From assembly GCA_951813565.1 (NCBI GenBank), contig OX638351.1:3680001-3744000 (forward strand): a stretch of DNA of 64,000 bases, read 5' to 3'. Below, one piece after another: positions 1-11,046 of this stretch. This DNA comes from an uncultured Poribacteria bacterium (GTDB lineage: Bacteria > Poribacteria > WGA-4E > WGA-3G). Both the position numbers and the translations under genes were made by a program. The notes beneath the pieces were generated by a model. The model saw only the letters and a list, made by a program, of their open reading frames with translations. It was not told the origin of the DNA and did no database searches. Within the stretch, counting starts at the first letter, position 1. Every line of letters starts with the position of its first letter.

Positions 1-1
1 G

Positions 2-292
2 GAACTCCTTGCCGATCCAATTACGCAAGTCTTCACCTTTGACTCTGATAACGAAAACACGAGAGATTGGACGGTTGAAGTGCAATTCAAAGCTGGTGTT
101 ACTGACGCAGTCGGAGACAGTACAGTCAAAGGCATCAAAGACCTTGGTGTTGCTGGTGTCAACACTGTTCGCACAGGACAAAAGTATTGGCTCAGCGGCA
201 CCTTGGATGCAGAAATAATGCGGACTATTGCCCAACGTCTTCTGATGAATGATGTTATCCAAACTTTCTCTTACCAGGTACCGCAAGGGTAA
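2..292 (+). CDS. purS: PurS-like phosphoribosylformylglycinamidine synthase subunit, 5'-truncated by the window edge; looks like tandem PurS domains
   Basis: Frame open from base 2: ELLADPITQ...VEVQFKAGVTDAVG...VRTGQKY...LLMNDVIQ; two LL(A/M)(D/N)(P/D)(I/V) motifs typical of PurS C-termini. Confidence 0.7.
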   Translation, partial: ELLADPITQVFTFDSDNENTRDWTVEVQFKAGVTDAVGDSTVKGIKDLGVAGVNTVRTGQKYWLSGTLDAEIMRTIAQRLLMNDVIQTFSYQVPQG

Positions 293-306
293 TAGGTATC
301 ATCTAA

Positions 307-494
307 TACCATTTCTAAAAAATGAGACTTCATTGTGAAATTATCGGTTCAAGCTGTTGAAGAATGTCCGAGGCGCCAAATGCCAAACGCGCATTTGGCG
401 TTGATTTGGCAATGAATTGCGCTTGGTGAATGTACGTATGACATTCACATTAAACGGGTTTTTGTTAATGAAAGGCGATCAATTAGAAATGTTA
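307..494. mobile_element. MITE with TACCATTTCT termini and TAA target duplication
   Basis: TAA|taccatttctaa...ttagaaatgtta|TAA; near-identical inverted copy at 22693-22860. Confidence 0.8.
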
Positions 495-614
495 TAACTT
501 GGTATTAATTAGACGCGTTGTGCCAGTTAACATTTGGTATATTTATATTTCACATGTTCCTCTTGTTTGGGTTTGCGTTCCGCAACAACTTTTCCGATAG
601 CTGCTGTCCTCAAG

Positions 615-679
615 GTAGGAGGGAACTCCGATTCCCGACTATTAGTGGTTTCGTCGCGATTCGGAGATCGCTCCTACAG
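615..679. repeat. Inverted pair of GTAG REP-like palindromes (REPIN-like)
   Basis: gtaggagggaactccgattcccgac...gtcgcgattcggagatcgctcctac; related copies at about 11911-12000, 40812-40872 and 59292-59357. Confidence 0.75.
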
Positions 680-714
680 AATATATGTGAACTTATTTAC
701 ATAATTTACTATAA

Positions 715-1686
715 TTAGAATAACGGCAATCCTTGTGCTTCCACATATACTGAATAGAGAGATTGGCTACCTGTCATAAAAAGCCTATTGCGTTTCACGC
801 CACCAAAACAGAGATTCGCACAAATTTCTGGGAGGTGAATCTTCCCGATAAGCGTGCCATCTGGCGCAAAAATATGGACACCGTCGTACCCATCGCCAAC
901 CCAACCGGCACTTGCCCATAGATTACCATCAACATCACACCGGATACCGTCAGCAATGCCCGGTGCCATATCACAAAATACTTGTTTGTTGTCTAATCGC
1001 TCGCCGTTTACGACATCAAAGACATAAATGTGTCTTGGTGTTCCCTCTTTATGTGTAACCCCTGTATCTACGACATACAGTTTTTCATAATCAGGCGAAA
1101 AGCATATCCCATTCGGTTTTTCGAGTTCATCCGTAACAACAGTGGCTTCTTTGGTATCCGGGTCAAGACGATAAACAGAAGTCGGTAATTCAAATTCAGC
1201 AATATGTCCTTCATAATTGAGCATAATACCGTATCCTGGATCAGTAAACCAGATATTTCCATCAGGGTGAACAGTAACATCGTTTGGTGCGTTGAGGCGT
1301 TTTCCTCCGAAGTTATCCATCAGCACGGTAACCGTCCCGTCATATTCGGTTCGCGTGACGCGGCGTGTGCCGTGTTCACAACTGATAAGTCTTCCCTGCC
1401 GATCTCTTGTATGCCCATTACTATAGTTAGACGGTTTACGGTATACACTCACTTTACCTGTGGCTTCGTCCCATTTTAGAATACGGTTGTTTGGAATATC
1501 GCTCCATAGCAGATATCCACCATCTCCAAACCATACAGGTCCTTCAGACCACCGCGCACCTGTCCATAACCGTTCAACGACAGAATTGCCGATTTTGTAT
1601 CTCGCAAAACGGGGATCAATCGTTTCAATTGCTGGGTCAGGGTATCGGGTAATTGTTCCGTCCCATTCTCTTTCTGAACCATTCAT
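715..1686 (-). CDS. SMP-30/gluconolactonase/LRE family protein
   Basis: W-SEGPVW, LNAPND, PNGICFSPD and DGIRCD motifs; GGAGG RBS before ATG 1686. Confidence 0.92.
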   Translation of the reverse strand: MNGSEREWDGTITRYPDPAIETIDPRFARYKIGNSVVERLWTGARWSEGPVWFGDGGYLLWSDIPNNRILKWDEATGKVSVYRKPSNYSNGHTRDRQGRLISCEHGTRRVTRTEYDGTVTVLMDNFGGKRLNAPNDVTVHPDGNIWFTDPGYGIMLNYEGHIAEFELPTSVYRLDPDTKEATVVTDELEKPNGICFSPDYEKLYVVDTGVTHKEGTPRHIYVFDVVNGERLDNKQVFCDMAPGIADGIRCDVDGNLWASAGWVGDGYDGVHIFAPDGTLIGKIHLPEICANLCFGGVKRNRLFMTGSQSLYSVYVEAQGLPLF

Positions 1687-2005
1687 ACAGTTTCCTCCAC
1701 AAATCGGTAAAATCCACAGATAGTATAGCACAAATTGCGAATTGGATGCATAAAATATTCAAGTAGAACAGGGCATTCAATTGTCAAGTTTTCTAATCCA
1801 AAAATAAAAATTAGCGTTTCCGAAGGTTAAAAGAGGCGACGAATGCCATAAGCGCATTTGGCGTTGATTTGGCAATAAATGCACATAGTGAATGTGCGTC
1901 CGACATTCACATTAAACACTTTTGTTGTTAAAGCGGGCTTACAAAGTTCTCCCACAAGAGGACTCAGCGACAATTGAATGGTTCTGCCAAAACTTTACAC
2001 ACCCC

Positions 2006-2034
2006 TTGACACAGTCACAGTTTTAAATTAAAAT
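2006..2034 (+). promoter_or_regulatory. sigma70-type promoter upstream of bioD
   Basis: TTGACA-17 nt-TAAAAT. Confidence 0.6.
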
Positions 2035-2127
2035 GTAAATGCAGAATTTATTGAGTTTTTCAACATTTAACACTCATCTAATATTTCTATTAACACATAA
2101 AGATTTCAGCAAATCTTTTGCGGATAA

Positions 2128-2856
<729 letters not shown>

Positions 2857-2889
2857 CAAACTAAATATTATGAAAACAAACTAAATATT

Positions 2890-4260
2890 ATGAACAACGC
2901 TATTGTTTTAGCTGCAGGATTAGGACGTAAAGTTTGGCCTTATGGTGAATTCCGCCAGAAATGTACGATTCCTGTCGCAAATATACCTATAATTCGTAGA
3001 ATAGTCAATAATCTCAATGAAGTAGGAATAGAACATATTATTGTTGTGGTGGGACATTATGCGCAACAGGTGCGTGGTGCTGTCGCAGACATTCCAAATG
3101 TTGAATTTGTAACCCAACACCCGGTTGAAGGTACTGCAGATGCAGTTTTGACTGCTTTAAAAAAACTAAATGATGAAAATTTTCTTGTAATTTACGGTGA
3201 TGTTGTAACCAGTTCTGAAAATTTTCGTAAACTTATTAAAGCGTTTAACTGTCAGAATGCAGAAGCAGCTGCGTTAATTCAGCCACTTGGCGATGAGGAC
3301 GCGAACAATTGGCTTTGTGCCAAAGCTACTGACGGGTGTTTATCTGGTATTGAAGGACATCCACGAGGTGGTTTACATCGTCTATGTGGGATCTATGCTT
3401 TTAAAACGACGGCAACACCCTATTTATTACGGAACCCCGGCATTGTTACACAAGTTCCTGTCGGCGGGATGCCACCGCCTGAAGCCGAAATCGCACAATC
3501 TCTCCAACTCATGATTAATGACGGGATAGAGGTGTTAGCAGTCGAAACAACTGGCTTTTTCGTTGACGTTGATAAACCGTGGCATGTTTTAGAAGCAAAT
3601 CGTCGGTTAGTAGACTATCTCGCAAAACAAATTGATGAAAACAACATAGCAGCGAGTGCTAAAATTTCCGATGCTGCCGAAATCAACGGACACGTGGTAT
3701 TAGGGGAAAATACATTTATTGGTCCACGTGTTGTTGTAAACGGTACACTTGTAGCCGGCGCAAATAACAACATTACGAATGGCGCAATTTTACATGGAAA
3801 CACATACATCGGCGATCAGTGCCGTATTAGCGACTATTGTGATATTCAGAGCAGCAGCATCGGAAATAGATGCATCGTAGGACACGGCGCAGAAATGTCC
3901 GGCGTCATGTTTGACAAGGTTTATCTATATCACTACTGCGAAATGTCCGGTGTTTTTGGATGCGCGACAGATATTGGCGCTGCTACAGTGTGTGGAACGT
4001 TACGATTTGACGACAGAGATACATCAATTCAGATAGAAGGACGCTACGAAATTCCAACTTACGGTGCAAACGCTACCTACATGGGTGACTACTGCCGCAC
4101 TGGTGTCAATGCAATGATAATGCCGGGCAGACGTATCGGTTCTTATAGCGTTGTAGGCCCAGGGGTAATTCTATACGAAGATGTTCCAAGCAAGACCATG
4201 GTCATGGCAAAACAAGAATTGATAACGAAGCCGTGGGGACCAGAACGATATGGATGGTGA
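2890..4260 (+). CDS. GlmU-like sugar-phosphate nucleotidyltransferase with C-terminal hexapeptide (LbH) domain
   Basis: AIVLAAGLG..K NTP-transferase N-terminus, YGD motif, hexapeptide repeats, GDYCRTGVNAMIMPG. Confidence 0.85.
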   Translation: MNNAIVLAAGLGRKVWPYGEFRQKCTIPVANIPIIRRIVNNLNEVGIEHIIVVVGHYAQQVRGAVADIPNVEFVTQHPVEGTADAVLTALKKLNDENFLVIYGDVVTSSENFRKLIKAFNCQNAEAAALIQPLGDEDANNWLCAKATDGCLSGIEGHPRGGLHRLCGIYAFKTTATPYLLRNPGIVTQVPVGGMPPPEAEIAQSLQLMINDGIEVLAVETTGFFVDVDKPWHVLEANRRLVDYLAKQIDENNIAASAKISDAAEINGHVVLGENTFIGPRVVVNGTLVAGANNNITNGAILHGNTYIGDQCRISDYCDIQSSSIGNRCIVGHGAEMSGVMFDKVYLYHYCEMSGVFGCATDIGAATVCGTLRFDDRDTSIQIEGRYEIPTYGANATYMGDYCRTGVNAMIMPGRRIGSYSVVGPGVILYEDVPSKTMVMAKQELITKPWGPERYGW

Positions 4261-4298
4261 GCATAAAATTATTGCAACGCCTTTGAGTATGAGGTATA

Positions 4299-4685
4299 TT
4301 AATCTCCCAGAAGTTCCTTCAGTAGAGATGTGAGTTCCTCGTTTCCAGCAGCAAGTTCAAAAGCACGTTTCTTTTTATTTTCACGGGAATCTTCTGGTTG
4401 GTTAGAGCCCCCTGGTTCCCAGAGCACTTCAAGGTCTTTTGGATTTAAACGGTCGTAGGTTACTTTGACAATCGTGAGCAGATAATCTTCCGGAATTAGG
4501 ACAATCCAGTCAATCGTTTCGCCACGGGCTGAGTACTGTCTATCCACAGTCAGTTTCGTTTCTTGATGTGGCACGTTTTTCTTAACCCACTGTTTGCGGC
4601 CGAGTGAGTCAACTTCAAAAGCACCGACCTCAAGCCAATTGCGGCCTGCACCGTTAGGTTTTGTTGTAACTTCAATACGTTCCAT
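4299..4685 (-). CDS. Hypothetical protein
   Basis: 128-aa ORF filling the gap between flanking genes; no recognisable motif. Confidence 0.6.
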   Translation of the reverse strand: MERIEVTTKPNGAGRNWLEVGAFEVDSLGRKQWVKKNVPHQETKLTVDRQYSARGETIDWIVLIPEDYLLTIVKVTYDRLNPKDLEVLWEPGGSNQPEDSRENKKKRAFELAAGNEELTSLLKELLGD

Positions 4686-4809
4686 GTGTATTTAAATTCT
4701 CCGTTTTGAATTCTATTCTCAAACCTTTTGCAGGTTCTACGGAAAGCATGTATAATTTAGCATGCGTTTTAAAAAATTTCAAGTTGATATGTGATCCGAA
4801 ATGGAAATA

Positions 4810-4838
4810 TTGACATCTAATGTCAGGTATGTTACACT
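4810..4838 (+). promoter_or_regulatory. sigma70-type promoter for larA with overlapping inverted repeat
   Basis: TTGACA-17-TACACT with extended -10 TG; TGACAT-cta-ATGTCA palindrome over the -35. Confidence 0.6.
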
Positions 4839-4942
4839 CTAAATTAGTATTCACGATTACTCGATTTTAAGTTTCACGATATTTTCAATATGGCATCATA
4901 ATATTTTCAACTTAAATTACACGTTTTGAAGGAAATTTAATC

Positions 4943-6226
4943 ATGCAAGTCGAGATGAGATACGGTCACAGCACAGTTGCGGTAGAGATACCTGACAAAA
5001 ATTTAGCAAGGGTCTTGGAAACAGCGCAAAGCACACCGTTAGCTGATGCCGACAAAGCGGTTCGGCAAGCGATTTCGCAGCCTATTGCTTCACCCGCCTT
5101 AGCAGAAGTAGCAAAAGGCAAAAACTCTGCCTGCATTGTAATTTCCGATATAACGCGTCCAGTCCCAAATCAGGTGATTTTGCCACCGATATTAGAAACG
5201 CTTGAACAGGCGGGATTGCCACGCGAGGATATTACTATCCTCATCGCCACAGGTATCCACCGTCCCAATGAGGGAAAAGAACTTGAGGAATTGGTTGGTC
5301 GTTCAATCATGGATTCGTACTGTATTGTCAACCATTTTTCTCAAAAGCCAGAGACCCATACATATCTCGGCAAGACGCACAAAGGTACACCCGTTTACAT
5401 TGATCAGACGTACCTCGCAGCGGACCTGAAGATTATAACTGGGTTGATTGAGCCGCACTTGATGGCAGGGTACTCTGGGGGACGGAAGGCAATCTGTCCT
5501 GGGCTCGCATCTATTGAAACAATGAAGGTTATGCATGGCCCTGAATTAATGGAACATCCAAAATCCGCCGTTGGCATTTTGGATGGAAATCCATTTCACA
5601 TGGAAGCAACCGAGATCGCTAAGATGGCAGGTGTTAATTTTAACCTTAACGTTGCTATTGACAAACAAAGACAGATAACAGGTGTTTTTGCAGGGGATAT
5701 GGTTGAATCTCATCTTGCTGGCACACAGTTCGTAGAAAAACATGCCAAGGTTACGATACCATCCCCGGTTGATGCGGTTGTTGTCTCCAGTGCGGGATAT
5801 CCCTTGGACACTACGTTCTATCAGGCGATAAAAGGTTTACTTACTGCTGTTGAAATCGTCAAACAAGGCGGCAGTATTCTGCTTGTAGCTGCTTGTAATG
5901 AAGGCATTGGTAGCAAACCATTTACCGATTTATTATTTAAAACTGACGACCTAACTGCTTTTGTTCAAGGACTTTACAATCCTGCGAACTTCGTTATTGA
6001 TCAGTGGCAATTGGAAGAATTGGCCAAAGTCGCGCGTAAAGCTGATATCTATTTTTATACAGATGGTATTCCGTATCAACAACGATCTAAACTGTTTGTA
6101 CATCCATTGAAAAAACCGCAGGAAGGGATTGAACAGTTTTTGGTACGTTATGGGGAAGATGTTCAAATAGCCGTGATTCCTGAAGGACCTTATGTTTTAG
6201 CTAAAGTTGAGAACGATTCTGTATAA
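4943..6226 (+). CDS. larA: Nickel-pincer-dependent lactate racemase family (LarA) protein
   Basis: SDITRP, ATGIHR, EPHLMAGYSGGRK and FYQAIKG motifs. Confidence 0.9.
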   Translation: MQVEMRYGHSTVAVEIPDKNLARVLETAQSTPLADADKAVRQAISQPIASPALAEVAKGKNSACIVISDITRPVPNQVILPPILETLEQAGLPREDITILIATGIHRPNEGKELEELVGRSIMDSYCIVNHFSQKPETHTYLGKTHKGTPVYIDQTYLAADLKIITGLIEPHLMAGYSGGRKAICPGLASIETMKVMHGPELMEHPKSAVGILDGNPFHMEATEIAKMAGVNFNLNVAIDKQRQITGVFAGDMVESHLAGTQFVEKHAKVTIPSPVDAVVVSSAGYPLDTTFYQAIKGLLTAVEIVKQGGSILLVAACNEGIGSKPFTDLLFKTDDLTAFVQGLYNPANFVIDQWQLEELAKVARKADIYFYTDGIPYQQRSKLFVHPLKKPQEGIEQFLVRYGEDVQIAVIPEGPYVLAKVENDSV

Positions 6227-6303
6227 ATCAGTTGTATTCAAATTGTTTACTACTACAATGAGTTACTGCTTAGCAGGACAAAATAGTTTCGTGTGTGATA
6301 AAT

Positions 6304-6975
6304 ATGGAAAATTCAATCGTGAAACTCAGAGGATATAAGGATGGTTTGCATCTTATAATCAATCCGAAAGTCTCGCTGACTGAGGTTGAGACAGCAATTC
6401 AGGAGTTGCTGGACAGCATGAATCAACCGTTGGCAGGGACTTCTATTCATATTGATATGAGGCCATTGCCCCTATCATCTGAAGATCTGAAAAAATTAGA
6501 AACACACTTGACTGAAAACTACGATCTTGTTGTCAGCGGTGTCAACGTTTTTGATGAAAAAGATGAATCCCCAATCTTGGCAGCACCTGCAACGCATAGT
6601 ATTTCACAGAGTTTGACGAACGATAATCAACCGGATTTTGAACAATCTCAAATCGTCCGTCAAACGATTCGATCGGGACAGACAACATCTTGTTTATCAG
6701 GCAGTATGATTATCTATGGAGATGTTAATCCTGGTGGTGAAGTTGTTGCTGCAGAAGATATAATAGTACTCGGTGCTCTGCGTGGTAACGCACATGCCGG
6801 CGCTCATGGACGCCTTTCTTCTGTTATTATTGCAATGGAGTTGGTACCATTACAACTTCAGATCGGTTCGTATGTGAATCGTCCACCAGTAGGTCAAAAG
6901 CCGAGAGGGTATCCCGAAATTGCTCGGGTTGGGGCTGAAGATATTATTATCGTAGAGGAATTTATCAAATTCTAA
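6304..6975 (+). CDS. minC: Septum site-determining protein MinC
   Basis: TIRSGQ, GDVNPGGEVVA, GALRGNAHAG; synteny with minDE. Confidence 0.93.
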   Translation: MENSIVKLRGYKDGLHLIINPKVSLTEVETAIQELLDSMNQPLAGTSIHIDMRPLPLSSEDLKKLETHLTENYDLVVSGVNVFDEKDESPILAAPATHSISQSLTNDNQPDFEQSQIVRQTIRSGQTTSCLSGSMIIYGDVNPGGEVVAAEDIIVLGALRGNAHAGAHGRLSSVIIAMELVPLQLQIGSYVNRPPVGQKPRGYPEIARVGAEDIIIVEEFIKF

Positions 6976-6993
6976 AATAAGGAAGGGTTGACT

Positions 6994-7788
6994 ATGGGTA
7001 AGGTTATCGTGATTACTTCTGGAAAGGGGGGAGTCGGTAAAACGACATCAACTGCCAACCTTGGTACTGCATTAGCGATGATCGGTAAAACGGTCGTAAT
7101 GATTGATGCCGATGTTGGATTGCGTAATCTTGATGTCGTAATGGGATTAGAGAGTCGAGTCGTTTATACGTCTATGGATGTAATTGAAAAGCGATGCGAT
7201 CTTGATAAAGCTCTTGTGAAAGACCGACGTGTTGAAGATTTGATGTTACTGGCTGCTTCACAACGGAACAGAAAAGACGATATCAAGCCAGAACAGATGC
7301 AGGAAATTTGTGAAAAACTGAAACAAGAATATGATTTTGTTCTTATTGACTCTCCCGCTGGGATAGAACAAGGATTTCGCAATGCTGCTGCTGGTGCAGA
7401 TGAAGCTGTCATTATCACGACCCCCGACGTATCAGCCATTCGAGATGCTGACCGCATCATTGGTCTCTTGCAACACCAAGGGATTGCATCAATTAACCTT
7501 GTACTAAATAGATTGTCGCCAGCACTCGTTAAAAAAGGAAACATGATTAGTAAGAATGACGTATTAGACATTCTGAACATTGATCTGCTTGGTGTTGTTC
7601 CTGAAGATACCGGTATCATCGCCTCTACAAATCGCGGTGTTCCCCTTGTGCATAACAATGGGTCTCCTGGTGCTGAGGCGTATATGCGGATCGCACGGCG
7701 TATGACCGGACAACGCATACCAATTCCTGAAATGCGTGAAGAAAACTTTTTTTCTCAAATAGCCAACTGGTTTTCAAGAAATAAGTAG
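6994..7788 (+). CDS. minD: Septum site-determining ATPase MinD
   Basis: SGKGGVGKTT, GLRNLD, DSPAGIE, C-terminal amphipathic helix. Confidence 0.97.
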   Translation: MGKVIVITSGKGGVGKTTSTANLGTALAMIGKTVVMIDADVGLRNLDVVMGLESRVVYTSMDVIEKRCDLDKALVKDRRVEDLMLLAASQRNRKDDIKPEQMQEICEKLKQEYDFVLIDSPAGIEQGFRNAAAGADEAVIITTPDVSAIRDADRIIGLLQHQGIASINLVLNRLSPALVKKGNMISKNDVLDILNIDLLGVVPEDTGIIASTNRGVPLVHNNGSPGAEAYMRIARRMTGQRIPIPEMREENFFSQIANWFSRNK

Positions 7789-7796
7789 AGGATACC

Positions 7797-8054
7797 ATGG
7801 ATTTTAGAAGTTTATTCACTCGTAAATCGAAATCAAGTAATATCGCTACGCAACGTCTACAACTCATTCTCACACAAGACCGGTTTGAGGTGAGTGAGGA
7901 TTCAATGAAAAAACTACAGTTTGAATTAACCGAAGTGTTGGCAAAATACTTTGAATTTACGATGAACTCTGTCAGTATGTCCTTAAAACGGGAAGGCAAT
8001 TCTTACGTATTAATGGCAGATTTTCCGTATAATAGGTCTAATAAAACTCGTTAA
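7797..8054 (+). CDS. minE: Cell division topological specificity factor MinE
   Basis: S..IA.QRLQLIL..DR, VLAKY; follows minD. Confidence 0.93.
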   Translation: MDFRSLFTRKSKSSNIATQRLQLILTQDRFEVSEDSMKKLQFELTEVLAKYFEFTMNSVSMSLKREGNSYVLMADFPYNRSNKTR

Positions 8055-8106
8055 CTTCGTAGTTGTTGCTTTAGAAGGATTCAATATACGGATCCATCCT
8101 CTTGTA

Positions 8107-8913
8107 TTACAGAATTAATTCCCATATCGCTTTGGCAACACCGTTCTCATCGTTGGTGACAGTCGTGTGATCCGCGCAGTCTTTAATGGGAGCGACAGCG
8201 TTTCCCATTGCTATGCCAAATCCTGCTGTCTTGAGCAAGCTTTCGTCGTTGTAACTATCGCCAAAAGCGACAACCGAATCTATCGGAATGTTGAACTGTT
8301 TTGCAAGTGCTGTCAGCGCGCGTCCTTTGGTTACTTCCGGATTCATGAATTCAATGTATTCCGGTTGTGTCTGTGTTACGTAAAGTTTCCCTACATATCC
8401 TGATTTGAAACTATCTAAAAGCGGTGGCAATTTTTCTGGTGGATGAATAATAAGCAGTTTAGTTGGCGTTTCACCAGCCAACTGTTTAAGATCGCCTATC
8501 GGTGTAGCAGGAACCCCCGTTCGAGTTTCATAAAGTTCACTCCACTTATTCCTTTCCGATACAAAAAGCTCATCGTTCAAGCAAAAATTAATATGCAAAT
8601 TCTGGTTAACGCAGTCGTCAACTATTGCCATAGCATAATCTGCGGGAACCGGCGTGTGGTGATATACCTCACCAGTAGTTGCATGTTTCACCATCCCCCC
8701 ATTATACGAAATTATTGGGTTTTCTAAACCAATCTGATCGCTGATCGGCTGAATAGATCGGTGCATTCTTCCAGAAACCAAAACAACAAGGATTTCATTC
8801 TCCGCAAGTTGTTGAAGTGCTTCACAGTTCTCAGGTGATAACTTGTGTTCACTATTCAATAATGTTCCGTCTAAATCGAAAGCTGCTAAACCACACGGTA
8901 TTTTTTTATTCAT
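8107..8913 (-). CDS. Cof-type HAD-IIB hydrolase
   Basis: DLDGTLL, SGR, KG.AL, FGDSYND motifs. Confidence 0.93.
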   Translation of the reverse strand: MNKKIPCGLAAFDLDGTLLNSEHKLSPENCEALQQLAENEILVVLVSGRMHRSIQPISDQIGLENPIISYNGGMVKHATTGEVYHHTPVPADYAMAIVDDCVNQNLHINFCLNDELFVSERNKWSELYETRTGVPATPIGDLKQLAGETPTKLLIIHPPEKLPPLLDSFKSGYVGKLYVTQTQPEYIEFMNPEVTKGRALTALAKQFNIPIDSVVAFGDSYNDESLLKTAGFGIAMGNAVAPIKDCADHTTVTNDENGVAKAIWELIL

Positions 8914-9125
8914 AATTATACTAAAGTTTGGACAATTTATGATTGTTTCATGGTGAGTTTCAAGTATTTTCTTCCAGTCAAATGTTTTATCTATTTCTAA
9001 AAGGATAACCTCTTTTTTGCTTTTGTCTCTAAAAATATTAAATTGTTCAAACTTTAGTATGATTATATCACTTCAATAATTCATTGTCAATTCTTTCGTT
9101 ACACACCCTCGAGTCCACCTATTAC

Positions 9126-9154
9126 TTGACAATTAGTTCTTAAATAGGTATCAT
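9126..9154 (+). promoter_or_regulatory. sigma70-type promoter upstream of the methyltransferase
   Basis: TTGACA-17-TATCAT. Confidence 0.55.
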
Positions 9155-9182
9155 AAAATCAATTCATCAGAGGAATTGAATT

Positions 9183-10052
9183 GTGGAAACATCATTAAAT
9201 CCATTTTACACCAAGCAAGAAGTTGCTGCATCATGTTGGAAATACTTTTCGGAAACACTGCCATCCGTTAACCGAACTGTCAATGAAATGTTCTTTGTGG
9301 AACCTTCCGCTGGCACAGGTGCATTTTACAATTGCTTGCCACCGCAACGTAGGTTTGGCATAGATATCCTTCCAAAATGCAAAAATGTAATAACACAAGA
9401 CTTTTTTATGGTCACCCGTTTTCCTTATGCCCCTAAGGACACTGCTATCATAGGCAATCCGCCATTTGGGAAGCGCGGAAAAATGGCGATTGCATTTTTT
9501 AATCACGCTGCTGAATTAGCGGATATTGTCGCTTTTATTGTTCCCGTCAATTTCAGAAAATATATTGTCCATAAACAGCTTGATACGAGTATGCGGTTTA
9601 TTAGAAAATTGGCACTACCGAGAGATGCCTTCTACCTTGATTCTGGTAAATCATTTTCGGTTAATACAGAGTTTCAGATATGGACCCGCCTGCCAAGTGC
9701 TCATCAAGATATGCGCCAATATAAACCGTTACCCATACGGCATCAAGATTTTCAAATATGGCAATATAATAATACACCCGCCGCGCTAAAAGTCTTTGAA
9801 AACAATTTTGATTTTGCCATTCCCTGTCAAGGATGGCAAGACTATTCCCGCAAAGAGATAGACGAAAAGCAGTGCGAACGAAATAAACAGTGGATTCTGC
9901 TAAAAGCGAACGATCCTAACATCTTAGCAAAATTAAAACAGATTGACTATGCACGGTTAGCCAGAGAATGTGGCACCGCCGTTCCTGGCTTTCGGAAAGG
10001 TGATCTTGTGAAAGCGTATTCAGAATATTCTTCTGTACAGCCACAACGGTAG
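9183..10052 (+). CDS. Orphan amino-(N6A/N4C)-type SAM-dependent DNA methyltransferase
   Basis: FYT, VEPSAGTGAF (motif I), GIDI, IGNPPFG (motif IV). Confidence 0.8.
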   Translation: METSLNPFYTKQEVAASCWKYFSETLPSVNRTVNEMFFVEPSAGTGAFYNCLPPQRRFGIDILPKCKNVITQDFFMVTRFPYAPKDTAIIGNPPFGKRGKMAIAFFNHAAELADIVAFIVPVNFRKYIVHKQLDTSMRFIRKLALPRDAFYLDSGKSFSVNTEFQIWTRLPSAHQDMRQYKPLPIRHQDFQIWQYNNTPAALKVFENNFDFAIPCQGWQDYSRKEIDEKQCERNKQWILLKANDPNILAKLKQIDYARLARECGTAVPGFRKGDLVKAYSEYSSVQPQR

Positions 10053-10058
10053 GGAAAA

Positions 10059-11045
10059 TTGAATAAAAAGCGACTCCTGAGGATTGCCAGAATTGCTTTG
10101 CCGACCAGTTTAGCAGTTGTTATCTCATTTTTCGTATTAAAAGAAATTGATCTTAATGAAACATCCAAAATTCTGAGTCGGATGTCAATTAAGGCTATAT
10201 TAATTGGGTTCGGATGCTATTGTTTACTTGTGTTAGCTAAAACCCTAAGATTCCGAACTTTACTCGGTTTAGACTCCAATGTGCACAGTATTTTCCCTAT
10301 TCTTGCTTTGCACACATTTTGGGGTAATTTTCTTCCGATGCGGACAGGGGATATTTCCTATGTCTACCTCATGCAACGGCGGCAAAAAGTTGATGCGACG
10401 CAGGGAATTGCCACATTAATGGTGGCAAGTATCATCGACTTAGTGTTATTAACTGTTTTAATGGCTGCCACTGCGATCCTACTGCTTCCGGAACTGGGTG
10501 GGAGCCATTCTTGGACGGTGCTTTATCTGACTCTATTGGTTATTGGCACGGGATTAACGATGCTGATGGTTTTGGCATGCGTCGCACCTAATTTCTTTGT
10601 CTCCCTTGCACAGAATTGGGCAAAACCGTTATTGCGTCTGGAGAAAAAACCAATAACTTGGTTTGTCAACAAATGTCTGGTAATCGTTGAGGAAATCACA
10701 GCATTTCGATTAAACTTACGCTTTTTGAAAGTCTGGGGATATTCTTTATTATGTCTTATAATCCGTTTCGGATTTCAGTGTTATCTTGTCGTTGAGATGG
10801 GTGTTGATATTCCTTTGATCGAAGTGCTTTTTGCACTTGCATTTACAAACGGTTTTAACCTTTTGCCGATCCAAAATTTCGGTAACTTTGGAACAACAGA
10901 ATTTCCGTTTAGAGAATTGCTACACCGTCTTGGAACTTCAAAAAAAGATGGGTTTGACACCGGATTTAGTTTGCACCTTCTGATCCTACTTTACTGTATA
11001 CCTTTAGGTATTTACGGATTCTTTAGAAAACCTAAGGAGGAGTAA
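10059..11045 (+). CDS. Lysylphosphatidylglycerol-synthase-TM / flippase-like (UPF0104) membrane protein
   Basis: Multiple TM segments; NFLPMRTGD and LPI...G.FGT.E motifs. Confidence 0.8.
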   Translation: MNKKRLLRIARIALPTSLAVVISFFVLKEIDLNETSKILSRMSIKAILIGFGCYCLLVLAKTLRFRTLLGLDSNVHSIFPILALHTFWGNFLPMRTGDISYVYLMQRRQKVDATQGIATLMVASIIDLVLLTVLMAATAILLLPELGGSHSWTVLYLTLLVIGTGLTMLMVLACVAPNFFVSLAQNWAKPLLRLEKKPITWFVNKCLVIVEEITAFRLNLRFLKVWGYSLLCLIIRFGFQCYLVVEMGVDIPLIEVLFALAFTNGFNLLPIQNFGNFGTTEFPFRELLHRLGTSKKDGFDTGFSLHLLILLYCIPLGIYGFFRKPKEE

Positions 11046-11046
11046 T

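Noticed and set aside
7164..7718. Long antisense ORFs (also 17997-18491, 38380-38976, 51652-52173)
   Set aside because: Shadow frames of well-supported genes on the opposite strand
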